DNA of 64,000 nucleotides from Octopus sinensis (lineage: Eukaryota). Below the pieces are notes generated by a model that had not been told where the DNA came from, did not search any database, and saw only the letters and a list, made by a program, of their open reading frames with translations. Location: positions 1 through 64,000 of the forward strand of contig NW_021832859.1 in the NCBI RefSeq assembly GCF_006345805.1, written 5' to 3'. The position numbers and the translations under genes are program-made. This document shows positions 13,166 to 24,314 of this stretch, one piece after another; the stretch's first letter is position 1; the number at the start of each line of letters is the position of its first letter.

Positions 13166-14019
13166 CTAGAGAAACAAGGAATGAAAAAAGATACAGATAA
13201 AGAACACTCCGCGAGAACCTCTTTCGGTGAATGCACTTAGGTCAAAATACATATTTCAAGAGCTACGTCTCTATGTTTTATTAAAAATGCACATAGTTAA
13301 ATATTACATCTCTCACTGTGTCTCTCTCTCACACACGCATATATACGCACACAAACATAAACATACGTGTGCATGTGTATGTATGTGTATATATATATTA
13401 TGTGAATTCTATGTTCTTAAATGTATACACGCACTGAAACATATATGTCTGTGAGTACGTCTGTCGCTACATTTACGCAGAGCATATGGTCATACGTCAC
13501 CGAAATTTGTAGGGATAAAACTATAAATTTCTTTTAAATACACGCTCCAGCTTTTCATTAATCCCTTGTGATAATACAGTTAGTTATCTTTTGAAGAAAT
13601 CATTTCTTGAAAGAAGAAGCTATATTCTAAAATAATCAGAATACAATTTAGTGTGCTTAGCTAGCAAAGAACGTTCGGGGAACTCGCTTAGATTTAAATG
13701 TTTTCACCAGAATTTAGATTATCTCTTCATGTCCATAGACTTATATCATTAGTCAAACAAAAAGAAAAAAAAAAAAGAAGACATTTATAAATGGAATTTT
13801 ATGTCAGAATATATGCCATGAATAAATATAATAGAATAAAAATGAAAGTAGAAAGAAATAAGATATAAAGTGAAAATTATCAACAGTAAAATATTTTCTC
13901 CTTCATACAGTTTAGTCTGCTATTTCTATATATGTTTTTGAAGTATCATAAACTGTATACATTCACACACACACATAGCTATATACGTATACATACGTAC
14001 ATGTATTGGTATATGCTTG

Positions 14020-14052
<33 letters not shown>

Positions 14053-14124
14053 GCATATATACATGTAGGTGTATATATATTTATATATATATATATATAC
14101 ATACACACACACATAGAGTCTGTT

Positions 14125-14170
<46 letters not shown>

Positions 14171-14464
14171 AATATATAGGAATGTATATATAGGTGTGTA
14201 TGCTTGTATGTATATATATATATGTGTGTGTACATATAAGTCTGTATGCTTCTATAAATATATATGTATGTATGTACATATAGGTGTGTATGATTATATA
14301 AATATATATATATACATATAGGTGTGTATGCATGTATAGATATATATGTATGTATATATAGGTGTGTATGCTTGTGATATATATTTATAAATGTACGTAT
14401 ATTGATGTTTTACATACTACATGGATATGTACGTGTGGTGTAGTATGTATGTATGTATGTTATA

Positions 14465-14507
<43 letters not shown>

Positions 14508-14912
14508 ATATTACAAGTACACATACGCGCACACAGACACACGCACACACATATATATGCATACACATATATTTATACATATAAATGCAGTTATACATAT
14601 ATTCATAGAGACAGATTTTTACGATTCTCTACTGGTTATTTTCACTTATATCTGGTTATAGTTCCGTTTCAAAAGACGTATACTATAAAGATTTTGCTAG
14701 AATGAAAATAACAACTAGCAGAGTAACAACACCAACAAAAGTATACAAACATAGTAATGAAAATAATAATTGTATTTTGAGATGTAATAAGAGTGGCCGC
14801 AGTAAAATATTTTACGAGCGAGGAGATAGTTGTCAAAAAGCGCATCAGAGCTACCATATATTTATCACCTTGTTAATATTCGCATTCAATCTAAGCTATG
14901 AATTTGGCTTCT

Positions 14913-14950
14913 ATATCTATCTATCCATCCATCTATCTGTCTATCCATCC

Positions 14951-15026
<76 letters not shown>

Positions 15027-15286
15027 GTCTGTCTGTCTATCTATCTATCTATTTATCTATCTATCTATTTATCTATGTGTCTGACTGTCTGACTCTCTCT
15101 TCGGTCTATCTCACTCTCTCTTCTGTCTGTCTGTCTGTCTGTCTCTCTTCTGTCTGTCTGTCTCACTTCTGTCTGACTGTCTGTCTCACTTCTGTCTGTC
15201 TCACTTCTGTCTGTCTCTCTTCTGTCTGTCTGTCTGTACTCTCTTCTGTCTGTCTGTCTCACTACTGTCTGCCTGTCTGTCTCTCT

Positions 15287-15325
<39 letters not shown>

Positions 15326-16600
15326 TCTGTCTGTCTGTCTCTTCTGTCTCTCTCTGATGTCTAACTGTCTCTCTATGCTGTCTGTCTCTCTCTGCTGTCT
15401 GTCTCTCTCTGCTGTCTGTCTCTCTCTGCTGTCTGTCTCTTTCTGCAGTCTCTCTCTCTCTCTCTCTCTCTCTCTTCTGTATCTCTGTCTCTCTCTTCTG
15501 TATGTCTCTCTCTTTTGTCTGTCTGTCTCACTTCTGTCTGTCTCACTTCTGTCTGTCCTCTTCTGTCTGTCTGTCTCTCGGTCTGTCTCTCTTCTGTCTG
15601 GCTGTCTGTCTGTCTGTCTCACTTCTGTCTGTCTCTCTTCTGTCTGTCTGTCTGTGTCTCTCTCTTCTGTATGTCTCTCTTCTGTCCGTCTCACTTCTGT
15701 CTGTCTCTCTTCTGTCTGTCTCACTTCTGTCTGTCTCACTTCTGTCTGTCTCACTTCTGTCTGTCTCAATTCTGTCTGTCTCACTTATGTCTGTCTCTCT
15801 TCTGTATGTCTCACTTCTGTCTGTCTCACTTCTGTCTGTCTCTCTTCTGTCTGTCTCACTTCTGTCTGTCTCTCTTCTGTCTGTCTCACTTCTGTCTGTC
15901 TCTCTTCTGTCTGTCTCACTTCTGTCTGTCTCACTTCTGTCTGTCTCTCTTCTGTCTGTCTCTCTTCTGTCTGTCTCACTTCTGTCTGTCTCACTTCTGT
16001 CTGTCTCACTTCTGTCTGTCTCTCTTCTGTCTGTCTCACTTCTGTCTGTCTCACTTCTGTCTGTCTCTCTTCTGTCTGTCTCACTTCTGTCTGTCTCTCT
16101 TCTGTCTGTCTCACTTCTGTCTGTCTCACTTCTGTCTGTCTCTCTTCTGTCTGTCTCACTTCTGTCTGTCTCTCTTCTGTCTGTCTCACTTCTGTCTGTC
16201 TCACTTCTGTCTGTCTCTCTTCTGTCTGTCTCACTTCTGTCTGTCTCCTTTCTGTCTGTCTCACTTCTGTCTGTCTCACTTCTGTCTGTCTCTCTTCTGT
16301 CTGTCTCACTTCTGTCTGTCTCACTTCTGTCTGTCTCTCTTCTATCTGTCTCTCTTCTTTCTCTCTTCTGTCTCTATCTCTCTGCTGTCTGTCTGTCTCT
16401 CTCTCTTCTGTCTGTCTCACTTCTGTCTGTCTCACTTCTGTCTGTCTTAGTTTTGTCTGTCTCTCTTCTGTCTGTCTGTCTGTCTCTCTTCTGTCTGTCT
16501 GTCTCTCTTCTGTCTGTCTGTATCACTTCTGTCTGTCTCTCTTCTCTCTGTTTCTCTCTTTCTTCTCTCTGTTTCTCTCTCTCTCTTCTGTATGTCTCTG

Positions 16601-16633
<33 letters not shown>

Positions 16634-16740
16634 CTGTCTGTGTATCTATTCTGTCGGTATATCAATATTTCTGCCTGCCAGTTATTCAGTCTGCCTGACT
16701 CTCTCTCTCTGTCGATATACCTCTCTCTCTCTATATATAT
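14913..16740. repeat. Compound (TATC)n / (TCTG)n / 15-bp tc(a/t)cttctgtctgtc minisatellite
   Basis: Direct reading; the RQTEV/SVCL ORFs are translations of the 15-bp unit. Confidence 0.95.
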
Positions 16741-17545
16741 ATCTATCATTAATAAAATAATCTTTGAGTATCAAGAACATTTATCGAAAAAATGCTTTGT
16801 TACCAGTCTCTCTCTTCTGTCTATCGATCTGTCCTAGTGAGAAGGACAACATTTAGTGAATAGACTATACATTATTCACAGAAGAATACAATGTACATTC
16901 AAACATATAAGATGTAACCAAAAAAATAAGATATCTGACTCACTAGAAAGAGCAGTTAAACTACAATTAGTTGCTTGGAGTTTAACTGCTATTTCTAGTG
17001 AGCCAGATATCCTATATATATATTTATCTATCTGTTTAACTAGTTAGCTATTACCTGGATGTACGGAGAAAGAGTAACCGCTATACTAGATGAAAACGTA
17101 TTACTGTTTGTGATCAGTCGTAGAAAGAATTCTAAAGTACGTTTTCCCTAGCGAAAAAATTAGATAAAACTCAAATATATATTGTAGACCTGCAGTGGAT
17201 AGCTTAATTTTAATCGGTAATCTCATGAGACTTCACACTTTTTTTTCCTTTTACCATCACATTCAATATAATGCTCGAACGCTTTTTAATTCTAATAATT
17301 CTCTCGGTTAAGCTTTTCAAATATTTACTGAAAGCTTGTGTTCTGCATAGGTTTTTACATAAAATATATATTATTTGGTTAACGAAGGCCGCACATTTTC
17401 TAATTCCGCTATCAAGTGTCGTATTAACTTCATCTCTGAGAAGAGGCTGCTGAAGATGGCATAGATTAGTTTCGGAAAAACATATTTACAATAAGAAATA
17501 CTAAATTTCTAAATCTCTCGTAGAGACATGTACGGTGGTGGGGCG

Positions 17546-17815
17546 ATAGAATGGTTGTATACTGTCAATTTAACACCACCGCTGTATAGCCCTAGGAAGC
17601 ATCGACGCCTCCTGATGGCTTTGACACATTTTTCCCTGTGTCCTGATATACATTTACGAAGGGTGTTTGTCTCCCCTTCGTAAATGTATATAAGGACACA
17701 GGGAAAAATGTGTCAAAGCCATCAGGAGGCGTCGATGCTTCCTAGGGCTATACAGCGGTGGTGTACCCCACTAGTGTCACGTTCGTGTTAGATTGACAGT
17801 ATACAACCATTCTAT
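17546..17815. repeat. ~270-bp fold-back with an asymmetric 20-bp insert; diverged relative of the 1568-1848 family
   Basis: Outer arms atagaatggttgtatactgtcaat / attgacagtatacaaccattctat; inner arms ~95 bp near-perfect; shares tatagccc.agga..atcg.cg.ctcc motifs with 1568-1848. Confidence 0.85.
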
Positions 17816-18124
17816 ATTTACAATGTTAGCTCAGATTTGTGAAAAATTATCTGGGGAATGAAGCCATAGAGAGTCTTCCCGTCGTCTCCTCACTCACGTC
17901 TAATATATTTCACAATGTGTTTACGATCTTATAATATATTTTCACAGCCTAGGTCTTCAAACATTTACGCATACAAGTATTTAGATACATCCATATGCAT
18001 ACACAGAAAAGTGCATAGACAGAAATACACAAATACATACAGGAACTAGCGCTTAAGCACAATAACTGCGTTCTTTTGCGTACAAATACAGTGTACACAT
18101 CTGCACAACCATGTATGCACACAC

Positions 18125-18525
18125 ACACATACATATATACATATATAAATACACATATATATATATATATACATATATATATCTAACATATATATATAAT
18201 ATATAGATATATAGATATATACATATATATATATATAATATATATATAATTATATATACCCATATATAATACTATATATAGATTATATATATATATATAT
18301 ATAATATACATATATATATATACATATATACCATATATATATAATATTATACATTATACATATATAATATATACATATACATATATACATTTATATATAT
18401 ATATATATATACATACATATATATATTACATATATATACATATATATGTATACATATATATATATATATATATACATACAATAATAAATATATAATATAT
18501 ATATATTATATATATATATATATAT
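18125..18525. repeat. Degenerate (TA)n tract
   Basis: Direct reading. Confidence 0.95.
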
Positions 18526-18793
18526 TAATCAAATAAGCAACAAGAATATCTTCGGTAATGGTACGATCCCTTCACGCTACATCATTTTATTAAACATTGT
18601 AAGTATTACAACAGTTTTAAAATGTTGAGCAATCATCAGCCATCTATAGAGGTTTTTCATCAATACATATAAATGGCTGATGATTTCTCAACATTTTAAA
18701 ACCGTTGTAATACTTACAATGTTTAATAAAATGCTGTAGCGTGAAACGATCGTACCAAATTACCGAAGATATTCTTGTTGCTTCTTTTGATTA
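18526..18793. mobile_element. Inverted pair of Penelope-like pseudo-LTRs; hammerhead motif in the right arm at 18674-18757
   Basis: Arms 18526-18645 and ~18672-18793 are reverse complements; right arm reads TGG-CTGATGA-long stem II-GAAACGATCGT-A-CCA with palindromic stem III. Confidence 0.7.
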
Positions 18794-19143
18794 TAATCAC
18801 CCCATGGATTTATATGGATAACACCGTACAAAATTCTGGTGCATCTAACTTTAGTACCATATTCATTTGAATCTTAATTTTGCTGAATATATACTGTTAT
18901 GTTACATTCAATTAAGAATGTAGTAGAGTGCTGTATAAATGTCGACCTTCAGATTTCACCCTGTGGTATCAAGTAGTACTTTTATACGTACCTCCAGACT
19001 TGCGTTTGGGCCTCTGTAGTGTGTGAATATATAATCGAATAAATTGGAGTCAACAAGGAGCTCGGTTGGACATTTCTTTGCAATCAAATATTTGATTGCA
19101 AATAAATGTCCAGCAGTACCTTTCCTTGTTATATCCAACTTTT

Positions 19144-19179
<36 letters not shown>

Positions 19180-19181
<2 letters not shown>

Positions 19182-19349
19182 GGAGTAAAACATAAATGTG
19201 AAACAAGGTGGAAGAAAGAGAACTCAAATACTAGTGGTAGAGTAATAGCTTTATTTAAAGCAGCAGAAAATTCAACAAAACTGTTACTCTGAGTTTCACG
19301 TTGCCGAGAGTAACAGGTTTTGTTGAATTTTCTGCTGCTTTAATAAAGT
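19180..19349. mobile_element. Fold-back copy of the 2.4/6.1-kb hammerhead repeat, broken inside the ribozyme
   Basis: ...ctgttactctgagtttcacgttgcc|gagagtaacaggtttttgttgaattttctgctgctttaataaag: sequence inverts at stem II/III. Confidence 0.75.
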
Positions 19350-19408
19350 ATATATATATATATATATATATAGATATATATATACTATATATATATATAT
19401 ATATATAC

Positions 19409-21223
19409 GCGAGAATGAAGCAACAAGAATGGATAGGTTTTTAGTACGATCGTTTCATACAAGGACAGGTTTTATTAAAGTTGCAAAAATTACAGCATAT
19501 AAACGTGTCCCGTACTCATCAGCTAAAATACATGTGAGTCTCTAGACATCCTAGTTGTTGAGGCTATACTCATGAAGTAATGTAGATAATCAAAAGTTCA
19601 TTAAAGTTCTTTAAAGATGATGTACAGTCTTATCACAGAATTCAAAAAAGTCTTAATAGCATCACAGAATTTCAAAAAAGTCTTAATAGCATCACAGAGA
19701 AGGTGACCCGATCCATAGTGCACATATGAATTTCCTGAGAGATATGATGAGGGGTTACATACTCACAGAAAGGAAATTTATCCATTGTCAATTACAACGA
19801 GGTGGGTTTCAATTCCAGCTTATTAGCATTACAGAGAGGGTTAATTCATCCTTTGTATAGATGCACAATTTCCAATGGTGTAGGTGTAAATTTCCAAGGA
19901 ATTTCATATTCATCGGCGATAAATTTATCAATGGTTGAACACAATGAGGTAAGTATCAAATCTTGCTATATGAATAGGTATTTGCCACATTAATCAAATT
20001 ACTGCTATTTACAAGAGGCTGTAGCTATTTAACTATTAAGGCTGAAGAGCTTACTAGAGCTGTATAGAATAGAAGAGGGAAGGGCATAGAAGAAAAGAGA
20101 GAAAATAAAATAGAGAGAAAATAAAAGAGGAGGGAGCAAAAAAGGGGGGGGGAAGGGGGGCTCAAAGAGAAGAGAAAAGGAAAAAGAGAATAAGAAGAAG
20201 AAAAAGAAAAAAGAGAAAAGAGAAAGAAATAGGGAAGGAAGGGAAAAAAGAGAAAAAGAAGAAAAAAGAAAAGATAAAAGAAGAAAGAAGAAAGAAAAAG
20301 AGAAAAAAGTTTCTAGTTATACAGAAGAACTAGTAGACAACAAGTCTGGTTTTAGTTTACAGGCATCTAGGAATTAGGGGAGAATATTATTCTTTGACCA
20401 GTTAAAACAGCTAATTTATTGCTGTTGAAACCAGCTATGAATTAAAGAGATCTAAAGAGATAACAGTTAGGGGTTTCGGGGTCAGATGCTAAAATCACCA
20501 GAAAATACATTAGGGAAAACTAGGTATATCTTATCAAAAAGTCATTAAAATTTATTTATTTAATTTATTCATTTTATTGTCTTAAGGAGTTGCCGTTATT
20601 ATTCATACATTGACGTACTACAGGTCAAATCTTAGAAGATCATTTAAAAGGTGTTAGGGGATTGTCTATCATAATGGAGATAATCATATTATCACCGAGG
20701 GAATAGTCTCATTTATTTAATTTTAATTTTGAAGTAGAATTATGGGTCTATAGTAACTCATTCCAATTAATTAGAGTTATGCTAATTAAATTAGATTAAG
20801 TTGGGAACTAAAATTTAAAATTACAATTAAGATTTAAAATTAAGAATTTAAAAAATTTAAAAATTGTGAGTTTGAAATTAAATAAAGCCTCAATTAAGCA
20901 GCGAATAAGTGCTATTCATTTCCCTGTTCTCAAAAAACTGATGCAGATATAGGACAAAGATAACTGTAGTGTGAGAACTCTTATTTATCTACTTAAAGCA
21001 GTGCTATACCAGTAGAAAACAGGTTATATCAATCTATCTAGTTACGAATATTCTAATCATTTAAAATATTTTAAAGTCTTCAATTTAGCGTGGACACATG
21101 TATTTTAGCTGATGAGTACGGGACACGTTTATATGCTGTAATTTTTGCAACTTTTAATAAAACCTGTCCTTGTATGAAACGATCGTACTAAAAACCTATC
21201 CATTCTTGTTGCTTCATTCTCGC
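19409..21223 (-). mobile_element. Decayed Penelope-like retroelement bounded by inverted ~128-bp pseudo-LTRs, each with a hammerhead
   Basis: 19409-19536 is the reverse complement of 21095-21223. Minus-strand stretch ~19790-19960 translates with stops to TSLCSTIDKFIADEYEIPWK...NPLCNANKLEL, reminiscent of the GIY-YIG C-terminal region of PLEs (weak). Confidence 0.6.
21103..21193 (+). ncRNA. Type I hammerhead ribozyme
   Basis: Stem I TTTTAG/CTAAAA; core CTGATGA 21109-21115; stem II GTACGGGACA/TGTCCTTGTAT; GAAA 21176-21179; palindromic stem III ACGATCGT; GUA site at 21185-21187. Mirror copy on the minus strand at ~19439-19529. Confidence 0.8.
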
Positions 21224-21714
21224 TTATAATCACCCCACACTACTGTATTGTTAAATCAGTATAGTTTTTTTTGGTGCATCTAAGTTAGGTACCATATTCA
21301 AGTAAATTCATTTAAATTAACTTGAATCTTTATTGCTTTTTATATATATATATATATATATTTGTTTAAAATTAGAGAAAAGACATAGACAATGTATGTT
21401 TGTGCGTACGTATACACGAATAAAAGAAATATGAGTATGAACTCTAAAAACACGAGGGCAATCATAGACCTAACAGACTCCTGATATCAATTCCTTCCAC
21501 CAAGTTATCACCATTCAGCTTAAATCCACAACGGTTCTTCGCGCGCCTAACATACTCTTCTCTTATCGTCTTCTAGATTTTTGCATTGCAATTTGGTTGT
21601 TGTATTCCTAAAATATTTATGTCCACTGCAGTTCAATTTCTTCATAGCTGTTCCATCAGGGCGTTCAATAATTGTGATATTCCACTTTCCTACCCCTCCG
21701 TATCTTCTGAATAG

Positions 21715-21757
<43 letters not shown>

Positions 21758-21766
21758 GTTGCTGCT

Positions 21767-21973
21767 GTTGTTAAGCAACAAGACGGGTAAGGGTGATTAG
21801 GTGATGGTCTACTGCTTAGGGGTGGGAGATCCCAGACCTTGGAAGAAAGACTTTGGTCATCTTGTTGTAGTCGAGGTCTCTTCGTTGACGCCCGATACCA
21901 CTGGGAGGTGGCCCTCGAAAACGCTGGAAATGGAGATCACCAGTTCCAAATTTTTAGATGGCTGCTGCTGCTT
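21767..21973 (+). repeat. Unclassified ~210-bp dispersed repeat next to a trinucleotide microsatellite; inverted copy at 57804-58020
   Basis: gttgttaagcaacaagacg.gtaagggtgattagg...gttgtagtcgagg..tcttcgttgacgcccga.accactgggaggtg aligns to the reverse complement of 57804-58020. Confidence 0.85.
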
Positions 21974-22636
21974 AGTGTGGTTGATTGCCAGAATAGTTAA
22001 GCAAATTTATGAATATTAGTGCAGATTCTTCTACCATTGATTTAAATCCTACCGAGACGAAATTTGTATTTCAACCATTCAGGGCCAATAAAATAAAGTA
22101 CATAGCGTACAAGTAATGTTCAGGGATCAACAGTATTGTCTGACCCTCTGTTCTCATAAACGCGGCTTGTGTCTAAATTAGAAACAAGGTGTTCAACTAA
22201 TATTTTTGAAAATGAGCTTACATAATATAAATTAGATATTGACGCTTGTATGATATTAATCAATTTACGTGTGGGAGAAAGTATAACTAAATATTTTTTC
22301 AATATGTATTTACTTAGTAGTTTCTCAAAATAAGTGGAGACATGGTGTCTAAAAAAGAAGGCAGTTATATTTTTGGTAATGTATTTTTCTTCGTTTTGCT
22401 TTTTAGATATAAATAAACTAATTGAGTTCTATTTAATTCTTTCCTTTTTAACTCTCGTATCTCTTATACATTTTGCTATGAACTGCGTGGCCGGAGATAA
22501 TAGACCTGTGTATGATTGTGTCTAGAGCAACGGGTCTGTATCTGTGTACATACGAATTGAAATAGAATTGAAGATTTCATTTGACTGGACCAAGCAATCT
22601 TAAGAATTTTCAAGAACAAATTATTTTAAAATTTAA

Positions 22637-23047
22637 AGCAGGAGTGGCTGTGTGGTAAGTAGCTTGTTTACCGACCACATGGTTCCGGGCTCAGTCCCAC
22701 TGCGTGGCACCTTGGGCAAGTGTCTTCTACTATAGCCTCGGGCCGACCAAAGCCTTGTGAGTGGATTTGGAAGATGGAAACTGAAAAAAGCCCGTCGTAT
22801 ATATGTATATATATATATATATGCGTGTGTGTATTTGTGTGTCTGTGTTTGTCCCCCTAGCATTGCCTGACAACCGATGCTGGTGTGTTTATGTCCCCGT
22901 TACTTAGCGGTTCGGCAAAAGAGACCGATAGAATAAGTATTGGGCTTACAAAAAGAATAAGTCCCGGGGTCGAGTTGCTCGATTAAAGGGGTGCTCCAGC
23001 ATGGCCGCAGTCAAATGACTGAAACAAGTAAAAGAGTAAAAGAGTTA
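22637..23047 (+). mobile_element. Full-length SINE family A
   Basis: Aligns end-to-end with 8969-9381. Confidence 0.9.
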
Positions 23048-23192
23048 AAAAGAATGTATACCCATGAGAATGCTACGCTCTCTATAGATCAAGAACTTGC
23101 TTTCAAATGCAATATGCATCGAAATGACTTTTGAGTAATTGCTTAAAACAACAACTTGAATATGTCTGATTTTGATTGGAAGACTAAGATTC

Positions 23193-23601
23193 GGATCTTT
23201 TCGGTTTGAACGGCAGTTTTTTCTAGCGGTGTCATATGAAATTGTCACCCATAATTATGAACCTAGTAGCGATCTATTGCATTTCAATCTGTTTTAGGGT
23301 TAGGGTTAGAGTTAGGTTTTTGGGGGAAGGGTCTTTTTTTCCAGAAATGTAAATAAACCCAATCTGTTTCTTAAACGAGGGACATATTCATACGGCACAG
23401 AATGTTTTCACGTCCTTGATTGGTTGAAATTGGAGAAATTGAAGAAAAAAACAACAAATATCTTACAAACTATAGAATTTTCTCAATAAAGCCAAGAAAA
23501 AAAGATGTTTTATAAACACATTCTACCAGTATACGAAGTTTAAAAGTGTTTAGTTACGTGGAAATTATTTTTAAAAACTGCCTGTCAAACTGAAAAGATC
23601 C
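23193..23601 (+). mobile_element. 409-bp MITE with ~29-bp TIRs, 8-bp TSD (hAT-like) and internal TTAGGG repeats
   Basis: TIRs ggatcttttcggtttgaacggcagttttt / aaaaactgcctgtcaaactgaaaagatcc; TSD taagattc at 23185-23192 and 23602-23609; ttagggttagggttagagttagg at ~23294-23316. Confidence 0.8.
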
Positions 23602-23929
23602 TAAGATTCGACTGCCCACTCCAAAATTTCAGGCCTTTGTATGATTTGAGGTACACGTTGAGAGTATTTGGTATATACATGATGGATGTATGTGCAACTA
23701 GAAGGACAAATCCGTATATACTCTCGCAAGTACGTGAGTGACACTACATATTGTTGATATAGGGGTATGTTGTCTTAGACACTACTTTGGTGCTTTGTGT
23801 CCTTATTAGTGAAATACCTCCATTATATTAGGTCCCAAATAACCAATGTATATACATAGACACACGTGAGTGTGCTTTTGTATATATTTGCCATGACTGA
23901 CCGCTAACTCCTCAAGGTTTTTTACTCTC

Positions 23930-24060
23930 TCTATTTCATCGTATACCTTTCTGGTGATGAGCGTAGGCTCGAAACGTAAAATACTTTCTCACTTACCCGG
24001 GTGTCAAACCAATACACCTGCTTGTTTATATACCTGTCTTTGGTTGAGAGAAACCGTGTG
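23930..24060 (+). mobile_element. Penelope-like terminal repeat with a partial hammerhead motif
   Basis: CTGGTGA-T-GAGC gtag GCTC-GAAAC at 23951-23975; homolog on the minus strand at 36840-36910. Confidence 0.6.
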
Positions 24061-24252
24061 GATGCTAACCAACTAATGATACATTTAATTCTTTTAAAAC
24101 ACACATTTTTCTGTGGGTTATTTAAGTTAATCCTTAATGTAAGATAATCCTTACGTAATACTATTTCCTTTGGCTGAGTAATTGAAAATATAGAAACACT
24201 TAGCACTATATATAATTTTAATTCTTTCGCAGGAAGGGCTGGTTCGACGAGT

Positions 24253-24314
24253 CGTGTTCTGTCCTTACCTTCGAAACACGCATGGAGCCGAACTAGGGAC
24301 AGCTGATGAAGGGG
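24253..24314 (+). ncRNA. Putative non-circularly permuted hammerhead ribozyme (copy B), within a ~280-bp repeat at 24222-24505
   Basis: CGTGT(24253-57)-T-CTGTCC(24259-64)-TTA-CCTTC-GAAA(24273-76)-CACG-linker-GGACAG(24297-302)-CTGATGA(24303-09)-A-GGGG; all core elements present, strand order rearranged. Confidence 0.7.

Noticed and set aside
15065-16760. Long RQTEV / SVCL ORFs up to 467 aa
   Set aside because: The 15-bp unit has no stops in several frames on both strands; no splice or codon evidence of coding.
19750-19955. Plus-strand ORF with GAG|gtaagt donor
   Set aside because: Lies inside the Penelope-like element; better explained as antisense to decayed TE sequence.
23294-23316. TTAGGG run as an interstitial telomere or fusion site
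   Set aside because: Only about four units, internal to a MITE and present in both copies.
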